Shown here in pieces: positions 30,085 through 39,244 of a stretch of 64,000 nt of DNA (positions within the stretch are counted from its first letter, which is position 1; each line of letters starts with the position of its first letter). The stretch is from an uncultured Planctomycetota bacterium (GTDB lineage Bacteria; Planctomycetota; JAJSAM01; JAKLKS01): contig CAYJMF010000004.1 of the NCBI GenBank assembly GCA_964370855.1, positions 25,258 through 89,257 of the forward strand, in the 5' to 3' direction. A model generated the notes under the pieces. It saw only the letters and a program-made list of their open reading frames with translations, did no database searches and was not told the origin of the DNA. The position numbers and the translations under genes were made by a program.

Positions 30085-31605
30085 TTGCGCCGCAATGGCG
30101 GATCGGATCCCAGGATGGAGGCGGCCCGCGGGCCGGTGGCTTCGCCCCGGTGGCACGAGGACCCCGCCGCCGCGGCGGACTTCGCCCTCCTGCACCGGCC
30201 GAGCTTCAGCGTCCGCAAGAAGATCGCGCTGAGCTTCCTCCTGTGTTTCCTGGTGATCGGGGGCGTCACCCTGGCGTCCTCCCTCATCCTGAGCCGCATC
30301 GAGGAGCGGCTGCACTTCATCGAGCTCGCGGACAACTACACCAGCCACATCCAGCAGGCGCGGCGCTACGAGAAGAACTTCCTGCTCTACGGAACGGACC
30401 TGTCCAACGCGAGGGACAACCTCCGCGCGGCCAGGGAGACCCTGCTGGGCGCGCAGCCCGAGATCGACCGGGTGGTCGGTTCCCGGACCCATCGCGAGAT
30501 GATGGGGCACCTGGATCGCTACGATCAGCTCCTCTCCCGCCTGGCAAGCGCGGAGGACAAGCAGGGGATCGAGCCCGAATTGCGGAAGCACGGCGGGGAG
30601 ATGGTGGAGGTGGCCCTGCGCGTGGCCGAGGCCGAGAGGAGAACGGTCCACGACCTGCTCCGGATCTGCAAGCTGATGCCCCTCGTGGCCATGGCGCTCC
30701 TCCTCGCCCTCATCGCCTACGTGGTCCACTTCCTGGCCCGGCAGATCCTCACGCCGCTCGGCCGGATCGTGGGGTACGCGCGGCGCATCGCGGAGGGCGA
30801 CTTCGCTCCCGTCTTCCCCACGCGGCGCTACCGGGACGAGTTCACGGACCTCGTCCTCGCCATGAACCGCATGACGAGGGAGCTCGACCGGCGGCAGGAG
30901 ATGCTCGCCTCGGCGCAGAAGCTCCGGGCCATCGGGACCCTGACCGCCGGGGTCGCCCACGAGCTCAACAACCCCATCAACAACATCTCGCTCACGGCCG
31001 AGGCGCTGCTCGAGGACGTCGGGACGCTCTCGGTCCAGGAGAGGACCGAGATGTGCCGCGACCTCCTCTCGCAGGCGGAACGCGCCCAGGGCGTCGTGCG
31101 CAACCTGCTGGATTTCTCCCGCCAGCGGGAGCCCCGCATGGTGTCGGTCGATGTCGGCCCGCTCCTCACCCGGACGTGCAAGCTGCTCTCCAACCAGGTC
31201 AGGCTGTCGCGGGCGAGGATCGAACTCGGGATCCCCGACGGCCTTCCCCCGGTCCTCGGCGACGAGCAGCAGCTCGCGCAGGTGTTCGTGAACCTCTGCC
31301 TGAACGCCCTCGAGGCCATGGACCGGCCGGGGCGGCTGGGGGTCACCGCCGAACGGGCGGCAGGGCGCCCCGGGTTCCTGCGGATCGGGGTGAGCGACAC
31401 GGGGCGGGGGATCGCCCCCGAGGTCCTCCCCTTCATCTTCGACCCGTTCTTCACGACGAAGGGGGCGGGTGGGACGGGGCTCGGGCTCTCGGTCAGCTAC
31501 GGAATCGTCGAGAAGCACGGGGGGACCATCGAGGCGGCCAGCAGGGTCGGCGAGGGGACCCGCTTCTCCGTCTACCTGCCGTTCGCCGCCGCGGCGGCTC
31601 CCTAG
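30085..31605 (+). CDS. sensor histidine kinase (TM-HAMP-HisKA-HATPase)
   Basis: H-box AGVAHELNNP. G-box FDPFFTTKGAGGTGLGL. One TM segment near the N-terminus. Confidence 0.8.
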   Translation: MRRNGGSDPRMEAARGPVASPRWHEDPAAAADFALLHRPSFSVRKKIALSFLLCFLVIGGVTLASSLILSRIEERLHFIELADNYTSHIQQARRYEKNFLLYGTDLSNARDNLRAARETLLGAQPEIDRVVGSRTHREMMGHLDRYDQLLSRLASAEDKQGIEPELRKHGGEMVEVALRVAEAERRTVHDLLRICKLMPLVAMALLLALIAYVVHFLARQILTPLGRIVGYARRIAEGDFAPVFPTRRYRDEFTDLVLAMNRMTRELDRRQEMLASAQKLRAIGTLTAGVAHELNNPINNISLTAEALLEDVGTLSVQERTEMCRDLLSQAERAQGVVRNLLDFSRQREPRMVSVDVGPLLTRTCKLLSNQVRLSRARIELGIPDGLPPVLGDEQQLAQVFVNLCLNALEAMDRPGRLGVTAERAAGRPGFLRIGVSDTGRGIAPEVLPFIFDPFFTTKGAGGTGLGLSVSYGIVEKHGGTIEAASRVGEGTRFSVYLPFAAAAAP

Positions 31606-34118
31606 GCGAACCGGGCGAAGTCCTCGGCGAGGAACCTCTCGGCGCACTCCTTCACGTCCCCGGCGTCCCCGAGGTTCATGTCCAGCTGGCGGGCGCACGC
31701 CAGGAGGAGCCCGAGCCGCAGGAGCCCCTGCTCGCAGTCCTGCCGGGGGACGGTCCGGAGCCACGCGTTGACGAGGTCACCCCGCCGATCCACGGTGAAT
31801 CCGTTCGCGCCCAGGACGGCTTCGATGAACCGCGCCCGCAGATCGCGTCGTTCCCTCGCCGCGCCTCCCCCCTGGAAACGGAAGCTCACGTAGTTGCTTT
31901 CCGTCACCTCGCCGACGACAGCGTCGATCATCGCGTAGTGGTAGGCCATGCGGGCGTTGAGGTTGAGGTAGTCGAGGGCGACGATCAGGTAGTTGCGGTC
32001 CCCCAGCCTGCGCATGCCCCGGTCGCGGGAGCCCAGGGAACCCGCCACGACCGACAGGAAGCCGGCCGGCGACACCTCGCGGCGCCCGGCCCAGGTCACC
32101 CGCGGGTCGGCGATCCCCTTCCACAGGGCGCGGAAGGGGATGCAGGTCATGGACTCCGGCGAGAGTCGACCACGCCGGCCGGGCGGATCGGAAACGCCCC
32201 CCCCCAGGTCGAGGACCTCCAGGTCGAGCGGGATCCCCGAGGCGAGGTGCCGGGCGGCGCGCCCTCCCCCGGTCGCGTAGCGATCGCCGAGGCGGAACAT
32301 CGCGTCGAGGGATCGCTCGTGCACCACCCGGACGAGATCGTGGATCGAGGAGCAGCCCTCCGCCCGGAAGGCCGCATCGGAAGGGTCGATGAGGTCGAGG
32401 CGCAGGATCCGATCCCACGGGAACCCCGGGGGCCGGCGCTCCGCCGGGGGGCGGCGCCGCCGGTTGCGGAACCCGGGCCAGGGAGTTCCGGAGTACACCT
32501 CGCCGCGGTTCCCGTCGACACCGACGACCTCGCCGGCCGCGAGGAGGGTCAGCGCATCCCGGGCATCGTAGACGGCGGGCACCTCGGCCTGGCGGACCAG
32601 GGCCGCGGCGTGGCTCAGGGGGCTCCCGGTTTCCGCGACGAGTCCCGCCACCCGGCCGAGGGCCCGGGCGAGCTCGGGCGTCGCCTGTCGGACGACGAGC
32701 ACGGATCCTTCGGGGGCTTCTCCCGCCTGCGCGGGGTTCGGGGCGAGGAAAACGGGGCCCACCGCCCGTCCGGGGGACAGGGGTCGACCACGCAGCTTCG
32801 CGGGGAGCGGCATTCCCGGATGGGCCCGGGCCGCGCGGTGCGGCAGGCGGAGCGGCCGCGCCTGGAGCACGACCAGCCGCCCCCCCTCGTCCATGGCCCA
32901 TTCGATGTCCTGGGCGCAGCCGAAGTGGCGTTCGATGTCGAGCCCCACCCGGGCGAGGCGCTCGATGTCCCCGTCCTCCAGGGCGGCGGTCTCGCGGTGG
33001 CGCTCCGGAATCGCCCTCCGGACCACGCCCGGCAGGTCCGGTTCCTCGACGAGTTCCGAGCACTTGCGGGCCACACGGCGTTCGAGGATCTCCCCCGGGG
33101 GGCGGCGCGAGAGGACGAACAGGTCGGCGTTCGCGGTGCCGCCGACGACATCGGCTCCCAGCCCGAAGGCCCCCGTGAACAGCATGCTGTTCCCCGCGGG
33201 GTCCTGGGGGTCGCGGGTGTAGAGCACCCCGGAAGCGCGCGCCGTGACCATGGGGAGGAAGAGGACGGCCATGGGGGTCTCGAACCCGGAGAGTCCCGCC
33301 CCTCGCCTGTACGCGAGGGCGCGGTCGGAGTAGCCGCTCGCGACGACGGCAAGGTAGGCGGAGGCGAGGCCGTCCCTGGGCACCCCGAGGCGGGTCTCGA
33401 ACTGGCCCGCGAAGGACAGCGGCCCGTCCTCCCCCACGGCGCTGGACCTCACCGCGAAGCGGCGGCCTTCGGGATGACGGTCCGCCCCCTCCCGGATGGC
33501 GGCCGCGATTGCCCCGGGCAATCGCGCGCCCTCCATCCTCCGGCGAAGCGACAGCGCCTCCCCGGCGAGCGCGGCCTCGTCCACGAGGGCCGCCGCGAGG
33601 AGCGCGCGCTGGCGGTCCGGGAGCCCGATCTCGCGCGCGAGAAGCCGATAGGATGCCGTGGTCGCCACGAAGCCCGGGGGCACGAGATCGGGGAGGATCC
33701 CGCGGATCTCGCCGAGGCGGGCGGCCTTCCCGCCGACCTGGTCGGGGTCGAGGGCCTCCGGGTCGTCGAGCCGGACGGCCAGGCGCCGTGCCGGACCGGC
33801 CGCGGCGGCGTCGAGTTCGGACCGGACCGCGGTCTCGATCCGATGATGGGCCGCGAAGAGCGCATCCTCGCGTCCCCCGGTCAGTTCGTTCAGGTCCTGG
33901 ACCAGTTCGAGGCTCAGCGCCAGGATCCGGAGGATGCGCTCGCGGATCGCGGTGTCGAAGGGGGCCTTCGTCCCGAGGTCGGCCTCGAGATCGGCGAACA
34001 GGGCGAGGAGCTCGCTGTTCCGGGCCAGGAGACGGCGAAAGGACGCGTACCTCCGGCGGAACTCGGGAACGTCGGCGCTCCCGGCGTGGAGCAGGCGGCG
34101 GAACCAGTCGAGGGTCAT
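31602..34118 (-). CDS. PpsA-like PEP-utilising dikinase paralogue 1 (ATP-grasp + swivelling phospho-His domain + non-canonical C-terminal domain)
   Basis: Motifs GGKAARLGE, AVRSSAVGEDG..SFAGQF, QDIEWA. His-domain motif GSPLSHAAALVRQAEVPAV. The C-terminal ~300 aa lack the canonical PEP-utilising TIM-barrel motifs. Confidence 0.8.
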   Translation of the reverse strand: MTLDWFRRLLHAGSADVPEFRRRYASFRRLLARNSELLALFADLEADLGTKAPFDTAIRERILRILALSLELVQDLNELTGGREDALFAAHHRIETAVRSELDAAAAGPARRLAVRLDDPEALDPDQVGGKAARLGEIRGILPDLVPPGFVATTASYRLLAREIGLPDRQRALLAAALVDEAALAGEALSLRRRMEGARLPGAIAAAIREGADRHPEGRRFAVRSSAVGEDGPLSFAGQFETRLGVPRDGLASAYLAVVASGYSDRALAYRRGAGLSGFETPMAVLFLPMVTARASGVLYTRDPQDPAGNSMLFTGAFGLGADVVGGTANADLFVLSRRPPGEILERRVARKCSELVEEPDLPGVVRRAIPERHRETAALEDGDIERLARVGLDIERHFGCAQDIEWAMDEGGRLVVLQARPLRLPHRAARAHPGMPLPAKLRGRPLSPGRAVGPVFLAPNPAQAGEAPEGSVLVVRQATPELARALGRVAGLVAETGSPLSHAAALVRQAEVPAVYDARDALTLLAAGEVVGVDGNRGEVYSGTPWPGFRNRRRRPPAERRPPGFPWDRILRLDLIDPSDAAFRAEGCSSIHDLVRVVHERSLDAMFRLGDRYATGGGRAARHLASGIPLDLEVLDLGGGVSDPPGRRGRLSPESMTCIPFRALWKGIADPRVTWAGRREVSPAGFLSVVAGSLGSRDRGMRRLGDRNYLIVALDYLNLNARMAYHYAMIDAVVGEVTESNYVSFRFQGGGAARERRDLRARFIEAVLGANGFTVDRRGDLVNAWLRTVPRQDCEQGLLRLGLLLACARQLDMNLGDAGDVKECAERFLAEDFARFA

Positions 34119-34137
34119 CGGGTGCCGGACGCGGAGG

Positions 34138-34536
34138 TCACCGGGCCGGCGGGGCCCCCGCCCGCTTCTCGAGGTCGGCCGCGGCCCGGAGGATCGTCTT
34201 CCGCAGGTCCTCGAGCATGAACGGCTTCGCCAGGAAGTCGAACGCCCCCAGGGTGAGGGCCTCCCGCGCGAGTTCCACGCTGGCGAATCCCGTGATCATG
34301 ATGACCCGGGTACGGGGGGACCGGTCGAGCACGTGTCGAAGGACGTCGAGCCCGTCGGTCCCCTCCATGCGCATGTCGGTCACCACGATGTCGTAGTCGT
34401 GCCCGTCGATCAGGCGGATGGCCTCGGCCCCCGTCTCCGCGGTGTCGACCTCGTACCCGGACTTCGCCAGCGCGGGTTTCAGGCGCTTTCCGACGATCGG
34501 CTCGTCGTCCAGGACAAGGATGCTGAGTCTCGCCAT
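34138..34536 (-). CDS. single-domain response regulator (CheY-like receiver, no output domain)
   Basis: MARLSILVLDDEP..VVTDMRMEG..DFLAKP. 132 aa. Confidence 0.8.
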   Translation of the reverse strand: MARLSILVLDDEPIVGKRLKPALAKSGYEVDTAETGAEAIRLIDGHDYDIVVTDMRMEGTDGLDVLRHVLDRSPRTRVIMITGFASVELAREALTLGAFDFLAKPFMLEDLRKTILRAAADLEKRAGAPPAR

Positions 34537-34552
34537 GGAGTCCTCCCCCCCC

Positions 34553-37045
34553 TCACGCGAGGGTGTAGTCGCCCCGGAGGAAGGCGTCGGCGTAGTGCCT
34601 GGACGCCTCCTCGGTGTGCATGAGCGCGTCGATCTGCCTCGTGAAGCCGATGAGCCGCCCGATGGTCTCGAGGCGGACCTCCGTCTCCGCACGGGGCAGC
34701 TTCCTGAGGCGGCCGACCACGAGGTCGCCGCTCTGCCGGGCCGCGAAGTCGAGGTGCTCGAGGATCTCGCGGACCAGGGTCGCGCGCCGGGCGCGGCGTT
34801 CCGGGTCGGAGGCGCCGCCCACGAAGCGGAAGTACACGTGGTTCGCCTCGCGCTCGTCGCAGAGGTAGGCGTCCACCATGGTGTAGTGGTACCCGAGGTT
34901 GAGGCTCAGGTTGACGTAGGAGTCCGAGACGACGGCCAGGTTGCGGCCGCTGTTCTGGCCGGCGGTCCGCGACGTGGCGCTCGCCAGGAAGGTCCTGAAG
35001 CCGACGGGAACCGGCCGGGTGCTCCACACCCCGGGAGCCGTCAACCCGGCCCAGAGCAGCCGCATGGGCGCCGACCGGACCGCGTCCGGGCGGACGGGCG
35101 CTCCGGCGGGGAGGGTCGCCACCCCCGGGTGCAGTCCGCCGCCGACGTCGATGATCCTCAGGTTCAGGGGGATCTCCGCCTCCAGCTGCCGTGCCGTCTC
35201 GGCCCCCGACACCCCGCCGCCCGCGATCAGCGCGATGATCTCCTCGACGGCCTTCTCGTGGGAGAACCGGATCACGTCGTGGAGGGTCCGGCACCGGTCG
35301 GGCCGGAACTGGTCCGACTGCGGATCGACGAGCTCGAGGGGGGTGATCCGCCTGAGGATCCTCCTCAGGAGGCGGTACTCGGGCGCGTCCTCGATCCCCG
35401 GCTCCTCCAGGAGCTGGTGGAGGAGGAGCTCCTCGACGCGTCCCCGGTAGACGACGATGTCGTCCGCGTCGATCGTGACTTCCATTCCGGCGGGGAGCCG
35501 GGAGGTGGCGTCGCCGCAGTCGACGATCGCGGGTACGCGGAACTCGCGGGCGAGCGCCGCCATGTGGCCCGTGGGAGCCCCGATGTCGGTGACGATGGCC
35601 GCGATCCGGGGCATGACGCGCACGAAGTGCGGGGAGGAGCGCCGTGCCACCAGCACCGCGCCCGGGGGAACGGCGTCGAGGTTCCCGTCGCCCTGGAGGA
35701 TGTGCACGCGGCCGACGGCCACCCCGCGGCAGGCGATGTGGCCCCTGCCCTCGAGGAGGATCTCACGGGCGCGGAGCACCTCGGGGAGGTTCCGGGGGGC
35801 TCCCCGCCGGGTGACCTTCAGGCGCCTCGCCTGGATGACGAAGAGCGTTCCGTCCGCGTCCCGCGCCCACTCGATGTCCTGCGGCTGCTTGAAGTACCGC
35901 TCGATCCTCAGCGCCATGGCGGCGAGCGCCGTCGCTTCGTCCCGGGCGAGCCCGGGAACCACCGTCACGGGCGCCGGAGCGCCCGTCGCCTCCGGGCCGC
36001 CCGCGGACGGACGGAGGGTCGCGTCGTGGGGCGGCTCCCGCGACAGCGTGTAGGTGGAGAAGCTCCGGATGCCCGCCACGGCGCGATCCGCGAGACCCGG
36101 GGTGGCCCCGAGCTGCATGAGTCCGCTTTCCGGACGCTCGGGCTCGACGGTGTAGAGCACGCCCGCCGTCGTGGCTTCGACCATGCGCATGCAGGCCACG
36201 GCCATGAGCCCGAAGGCGGAGGCGCCGCAGGCGCCGCGGTAGGAGCACGCCTCCGGGGAGTAGAGGCTCGCGAGGACCTCCCGGTAGGCGTCGACCACCC
36301 CCTCGACCGGGACATGGAGCACCGTCCGGTACTGGCCGGCGAAGGAGAGGTCGTCGTCCTCCCCGAGGGCGCTGGACCGTACCGCGAGGCGCAGGGGCCG
36401 GCCGCCGGCATCCATGGCGCGAAGGGCCTTCCCGATGGCGCGCCGGACGTCCCCGGGCACGGCGGCCGTCCGGAGCCTCCGGCAGACGTCCTCCATGGCA
36501 TGGACGTCCCCCCGGGCCGTACGCTCGATGGACTCCTCGATGACGGGTTCGAGCCGGTTCTCCTCGAGGATGCGGATGTAGGCGTGGGTCGTGATCGTGA
36601 AGCCGTCCGGAATGGGAATCTGCAGGCGGCTGGAAATCTCGCCGAGGTGCGCGCTCTTGCCTCCCACGAGGTCCGCGTTGCCTTCGTCGATCCGGCTGAA
36701 GGGCAGGCAGTACTCCGTGCGCGGGACGACCGGCCGGCCGGCGACGTCCCCGAGCGCGTCCGCGCGCAGCCGGTCCACCAGCAGGTAGAGCGCGGCGTAC
36801 CTCTGGTCGGCGATGCTGTTGAGGTCGTAGACGACCCTGTCCCCGAGGTCGAAGAGCTGGTCGACGATGGCCGCCACGTAGTGGCGGTCGAAGACGTACT
36901 CGCCGCTCTCCTTCTCGGCGGCGTCGGCGAGGATCTGGAGGATGCGGGTGTTGTTGTCGAGGAGGTTGCGGAAGCGGGCGAAGAGCAGCCTGAACGGCAC
37001 GTGCGGCCGCCCTCCGAACCCGAGCCACTTCCCGAGCCGCGACAT
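34553..37045 (-). CDS. PpsA-like PEP-utilising dikinase paralogue 2
   Basis: Internal start MSRLGKW.. (ATG 37045-37043). Motifs GGKSAHLGE, AVRSSALGEDD.SFAGQY, QDIEWA, GAPTGHMAALAREFRVPAIV. Confidence 0.8.
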   Translation of the reverse strand: MSRLGKWLGFGGRPHVPFRLLFARFRNLLDNNTRILQILADAAEKESGEYVFDRHYVAAIVDQLFDLGDRVVYDLNSIADQRYAALYLLVDRLRADALGDVAGRPVVPRTEYCLPFSRIDEGNADLVGGKSAHLGEISSRLQIPIPDGFTITTHAYIRILEENRLEPVIEESIERTARGDVHAMEDVCRRLRTAAVPGDVRRAIGKALRAMDAGGRPLRLAVRSSALGEDDDLSFAGQYRTVLHVPVEGVVDAYREVLASLYSPEACSYRGACGASAFGLMAVACMRMVEATTAGVLYTVEPERPESGLMQLGATPGLADRAVAGIRSFSTYTLSREPPHDATLRPSAGGPEATGAPAPVTVVPGLARDEATALAAMALRIERYFKQPQDIEWARDADGTLFVIQARRLKVTRRGAPRNLPEVLRAREILLEGRGHIACRGVAVGRVHILQGDGNLDAVPPGAVLVARRSSPHFVRVMPRIAAIVTDIGAPTGHMAALAREFRVPAIVDCGDATSRLPAGMEVTIDADDIVVYRGRVEELLLHQLLEEPGIEDAPEYRLLRRILRRITPLELVDPQSDQFRPDRCRTLHDVIRFSHEKAVEEIIALIAGGGVSGAETARQLEAEIPLNLRIIDVGGGLHPGVATLPAGAPVRPDAVRSAPMRLLWAGLTAPGVWSTRPVPVGFRTFLASATSRTAGQNSGRNLAVVSDSYVNLSLNLGYHYTMVDAYLCDEREANHVYFRFVGGASDPERRARRATLVREILEHLDFAARQSGDLVVGRLRKLPRAETEVRLETIGRLIGFTRQIDALMHTEEASRHYADAFLRGDYTLA

Positions 37046-37146
37046 TGCCTTGATTGGACCCCCGTCGGTTCCTCCCGGGCCGGTGATTCCCCGGGCCGCG
37101 GTCCCCCCTGCGGCGCTCCGCGGGGGCGTACCGGGCGACCGTTCCG

Positions 37147-37899
37147 CTAGTGGCCGCCTCCCTTCTTGAAGACCATCCCGATGAGGAGCCCGACGGTGAG
37201 GGCGATCCCGACCGACATCGCGCCGTACAGGGTGCTCCGGTGGAACGCCATGTGCGAGATGAACCGGGGGAATCCCACGAGTTCGACCCGGAGCCGCGCG
37301 GCCTCCTTTCCCACGACCCTTCCCCCGGCCACCTGGATGACGTCGACCGCGTAGTCCCCCGGGGGGGCGACGTCGGGCCATGGAATCGCGGCCTCGAAGG
37401 CCGGGTGGTCGCCCTGCTCGAGGCGGACGGCCCCTTCGAAGGCCCCGAAGGCGCCCTGCGAACGCTTGAGGGCGAGGTACTCGCGCCGGATGAGGGCCGG
37501 GTCGGGACCCGCGGGTGCGAAGGTCGCGGCGTTCAGGACGGCCTCGACGTCGAGGAGGTTCTCCGCGATCTCCCCCGGGGGCAGGAGTCCCGCCGCGGGC
37601 CGGCTGCAGGCGGCGAGCCACAGGCTCGGGGCCCCGGAGACCGACAGGGAGCCGACGTTGGCCCAGAAGGGACCCACGCGCCCCTTCCGCTGGTACTTCT
37701 CCTCGACCGCGGCTCCCGTGATCGTGACGAAGACGTGGGCCCCGGGCACGGCGTCGCCCCGCACGCGGATCATGGCGCCCTTGAAGGTCGCGTCGATGCG
37801 GACGGGGTCGGGCTCCACGGCGAGGTCCGCGAACGCGGTGCCCGCTCCCATGGCCCCGGCGAGGAGCGCGAGGGGGATCGCGGCCTTCATGGTGCGCAT
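37147..37899 (-). CDS. secreted protein with N-terminal signal peptide and C-terminal membrane anchor; accessory to the adjacent TauE/SafE gene
   Basis: 250 aa. Signal-like N-terminus MRTMKAAIPLALLAGAMGAG. C-terminal TM ends ..KKGGGH. Start overlaps the TauE stop. Confidence 0.5.
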   Translation of the reverse strand: MRTMKAAIPLALLAGAMGAGTAFADLAVEPDPVRIDATFKGAMIRVRGDAVPGAHVFVTITGAAVEEKYQRKGRVGPFWANVGSLSVSGAPSLWLAACSRPAAGLLPPGEIAENLLDVEAVLNAATFAPAGPDPALIRREYLALKRSQGAFGAFEGAVRLEQGDHPAFEAAIPWPDVAPPGDYAVDVIQVAGGRVVGKEAARLRVELVGFPRFISHMAFHRSTLYGAMSVGIALTVGLLIGMVFKKGGGH

Positions 37900-38816
37900 C
37901 AATGTCCTCCGGCGGGGGAGAGCAGCAGGGGAGGGGCCGCCACCATGGCGTAGACCATCCTCGCGCAGACGGCGAGCACGATGCAGGCGAGGATGATCCG
38001 GAGCTGCTCGCCGCGCAGGCGTCGCGCGACGCGGGCTCCGAACTGCGCACCGACCGCGGACCCGACGGCGAGGACGATCGCCAGGGTGAAGTCGACGGTG
38101 TGGTTCACGGATGCCTGCATGAAGGTCACCCAGCTGGAGGTGAAGAGGATCTGGAACAGATCCGTTCCGACGGCGACGTGCATCGGCATGCGGAGCATGT
38201 AGACCATCGCCGGGATCATGATGAACCCGCCCCCGACGCCCATGATGGCCGCGAGCACCCCCACGAGGGCGCAGAGGGCGATGGGGACGAACACCGACTG
38301 GCGGATGCCGGACTTGGGGAAGCTCGCCTGCAGCGGGAGGCGCTCGAGCAGCGTGGCGAGCCGCGAGGGCCCCCGCCCCCCTGCGGCTTCCTTCCGGGAC
38401 CCGCGGAGCGTCCCGAGGCTCTCGAGGAACATGTAGCCGCCGATGAGGCCGAGGACGACGACGTAGGTCGCCATGATGAGGAAGTCCGCGTTTCCCATCC
38501 GGCGCAGCACCCGGATGATCTGCACGCCGACGGCTCCGCCCGCGACCCCGCCGAGCAGCATCAGGCATCCCAGCTTGTAGTCGACGTTCCCCATCCGCGC
38601 ATGCGCGAAGGTGCCCGACGCGGAGGCGGCGACGATCTGGCAGGAATCCGTCGCGGCGGCCACCGTCGGGGGTATCCCGACCGTCATGAGGAGGGGCGTC
38701 ATCAGGAACCCTCCTCCGACCCCGAACATGCCCGAGAGGAAGCCGACCAGCACGCCGAGGCCGAGGGGGAGGAGGAGGTAGATGCATTTTCCGGCGATGG
38801 GAAGGAAGATGTACAT
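37899..38816 (-). CDS. TauE/SafE (TSUP, DUF81) family permease, paralogue 1
   Basis: Duplicated GVGGGF(L/I)M motif, the DUF81 signature. ~305 aa, 8 TM. Confidence 0.8.
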   Translation of the reverse strand: MYIFLPIAGKCIYLLLPLGLGVLVGFLSGMFGVGGGFLMTPLLMTVGIPPTVAAATDSCQIVAASASGTFAHARMGNVDYKLGCLMLLGGVAGGAVGVQIIRVLRRMGNADFLIMATYVVVLGLIGGYMFLESLGTLRGSRKEAAGGRGPSRLATLLERLPLQASFPKSGIRQSVFVPIALCALVGVLAAIMGVGGGFIMIPAMVYMLRMPMHVAVGTDLFQILFTSSWVTFMQASVNHTVDFTLAIVLAVGSAVGAQFGARVARRLRGEQLRIILACIVLAVCARMVYAMVAAPPLLLSPAGGH

Positions 38817-39244
38817 GGCTGGAATCGCGATCCATCCAGGGGTTCGTGGACTCCCGGGATGCTCCCATGCCGGACCCGCTCCATGCGTCTGCGGCTCGCC
38901 GAGGCGGCCGGAGCCGTGGAACGGGCTCCGCGCATCGGCGGCACGGGGCCCGCCTCGGTCCGGGAGTCTCTCCTCCGCATGCTGCGGGGAGGAGGAGGCC
39001 GACCTCCGCGGCGGCGAGCGGCGGGCCCGCGCTTCCTTTCAGCGGTCCAACGTACACCCGTTCCTCCCCGGGGGGAAGAGGCAGGGAGCGGGGCGGACGC
39101 GGGTCGAGACGGGCGTCAAGGAGCCGCCATCGCCACCCGGGAGCGCCGCGGCGGGAGGTCCACGCCGGCATCCGGAGGGGACCGTGACCCGGGCACACCC
39201 GGCGCCGGGGGGGAAGGGCGGGGAGGAGTAGGATCCCCCTCGTC

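Noticed and set aside
31601-31606. CCTAGG at the convergent junction of the 30085..31605 kinase and PEP-like paralogue 1 (shared overlapping TAG stops on both strands)
   Set aside because: Neat but probably a trivial consequence of tight convergent packing. No evidence of a regulatory role.
25583-34220. Giant ORFs 25583..29197 (-, 1204 aa) and 29031..34220 (+, 1729 aa)
   Set aside because: They run antisense to dsrN/sirohaem genes and to PEP-like paralogue 1 respectively. Translations are low-complexity with no motifs. The opposite-strand genes have strong homology-like signatures.
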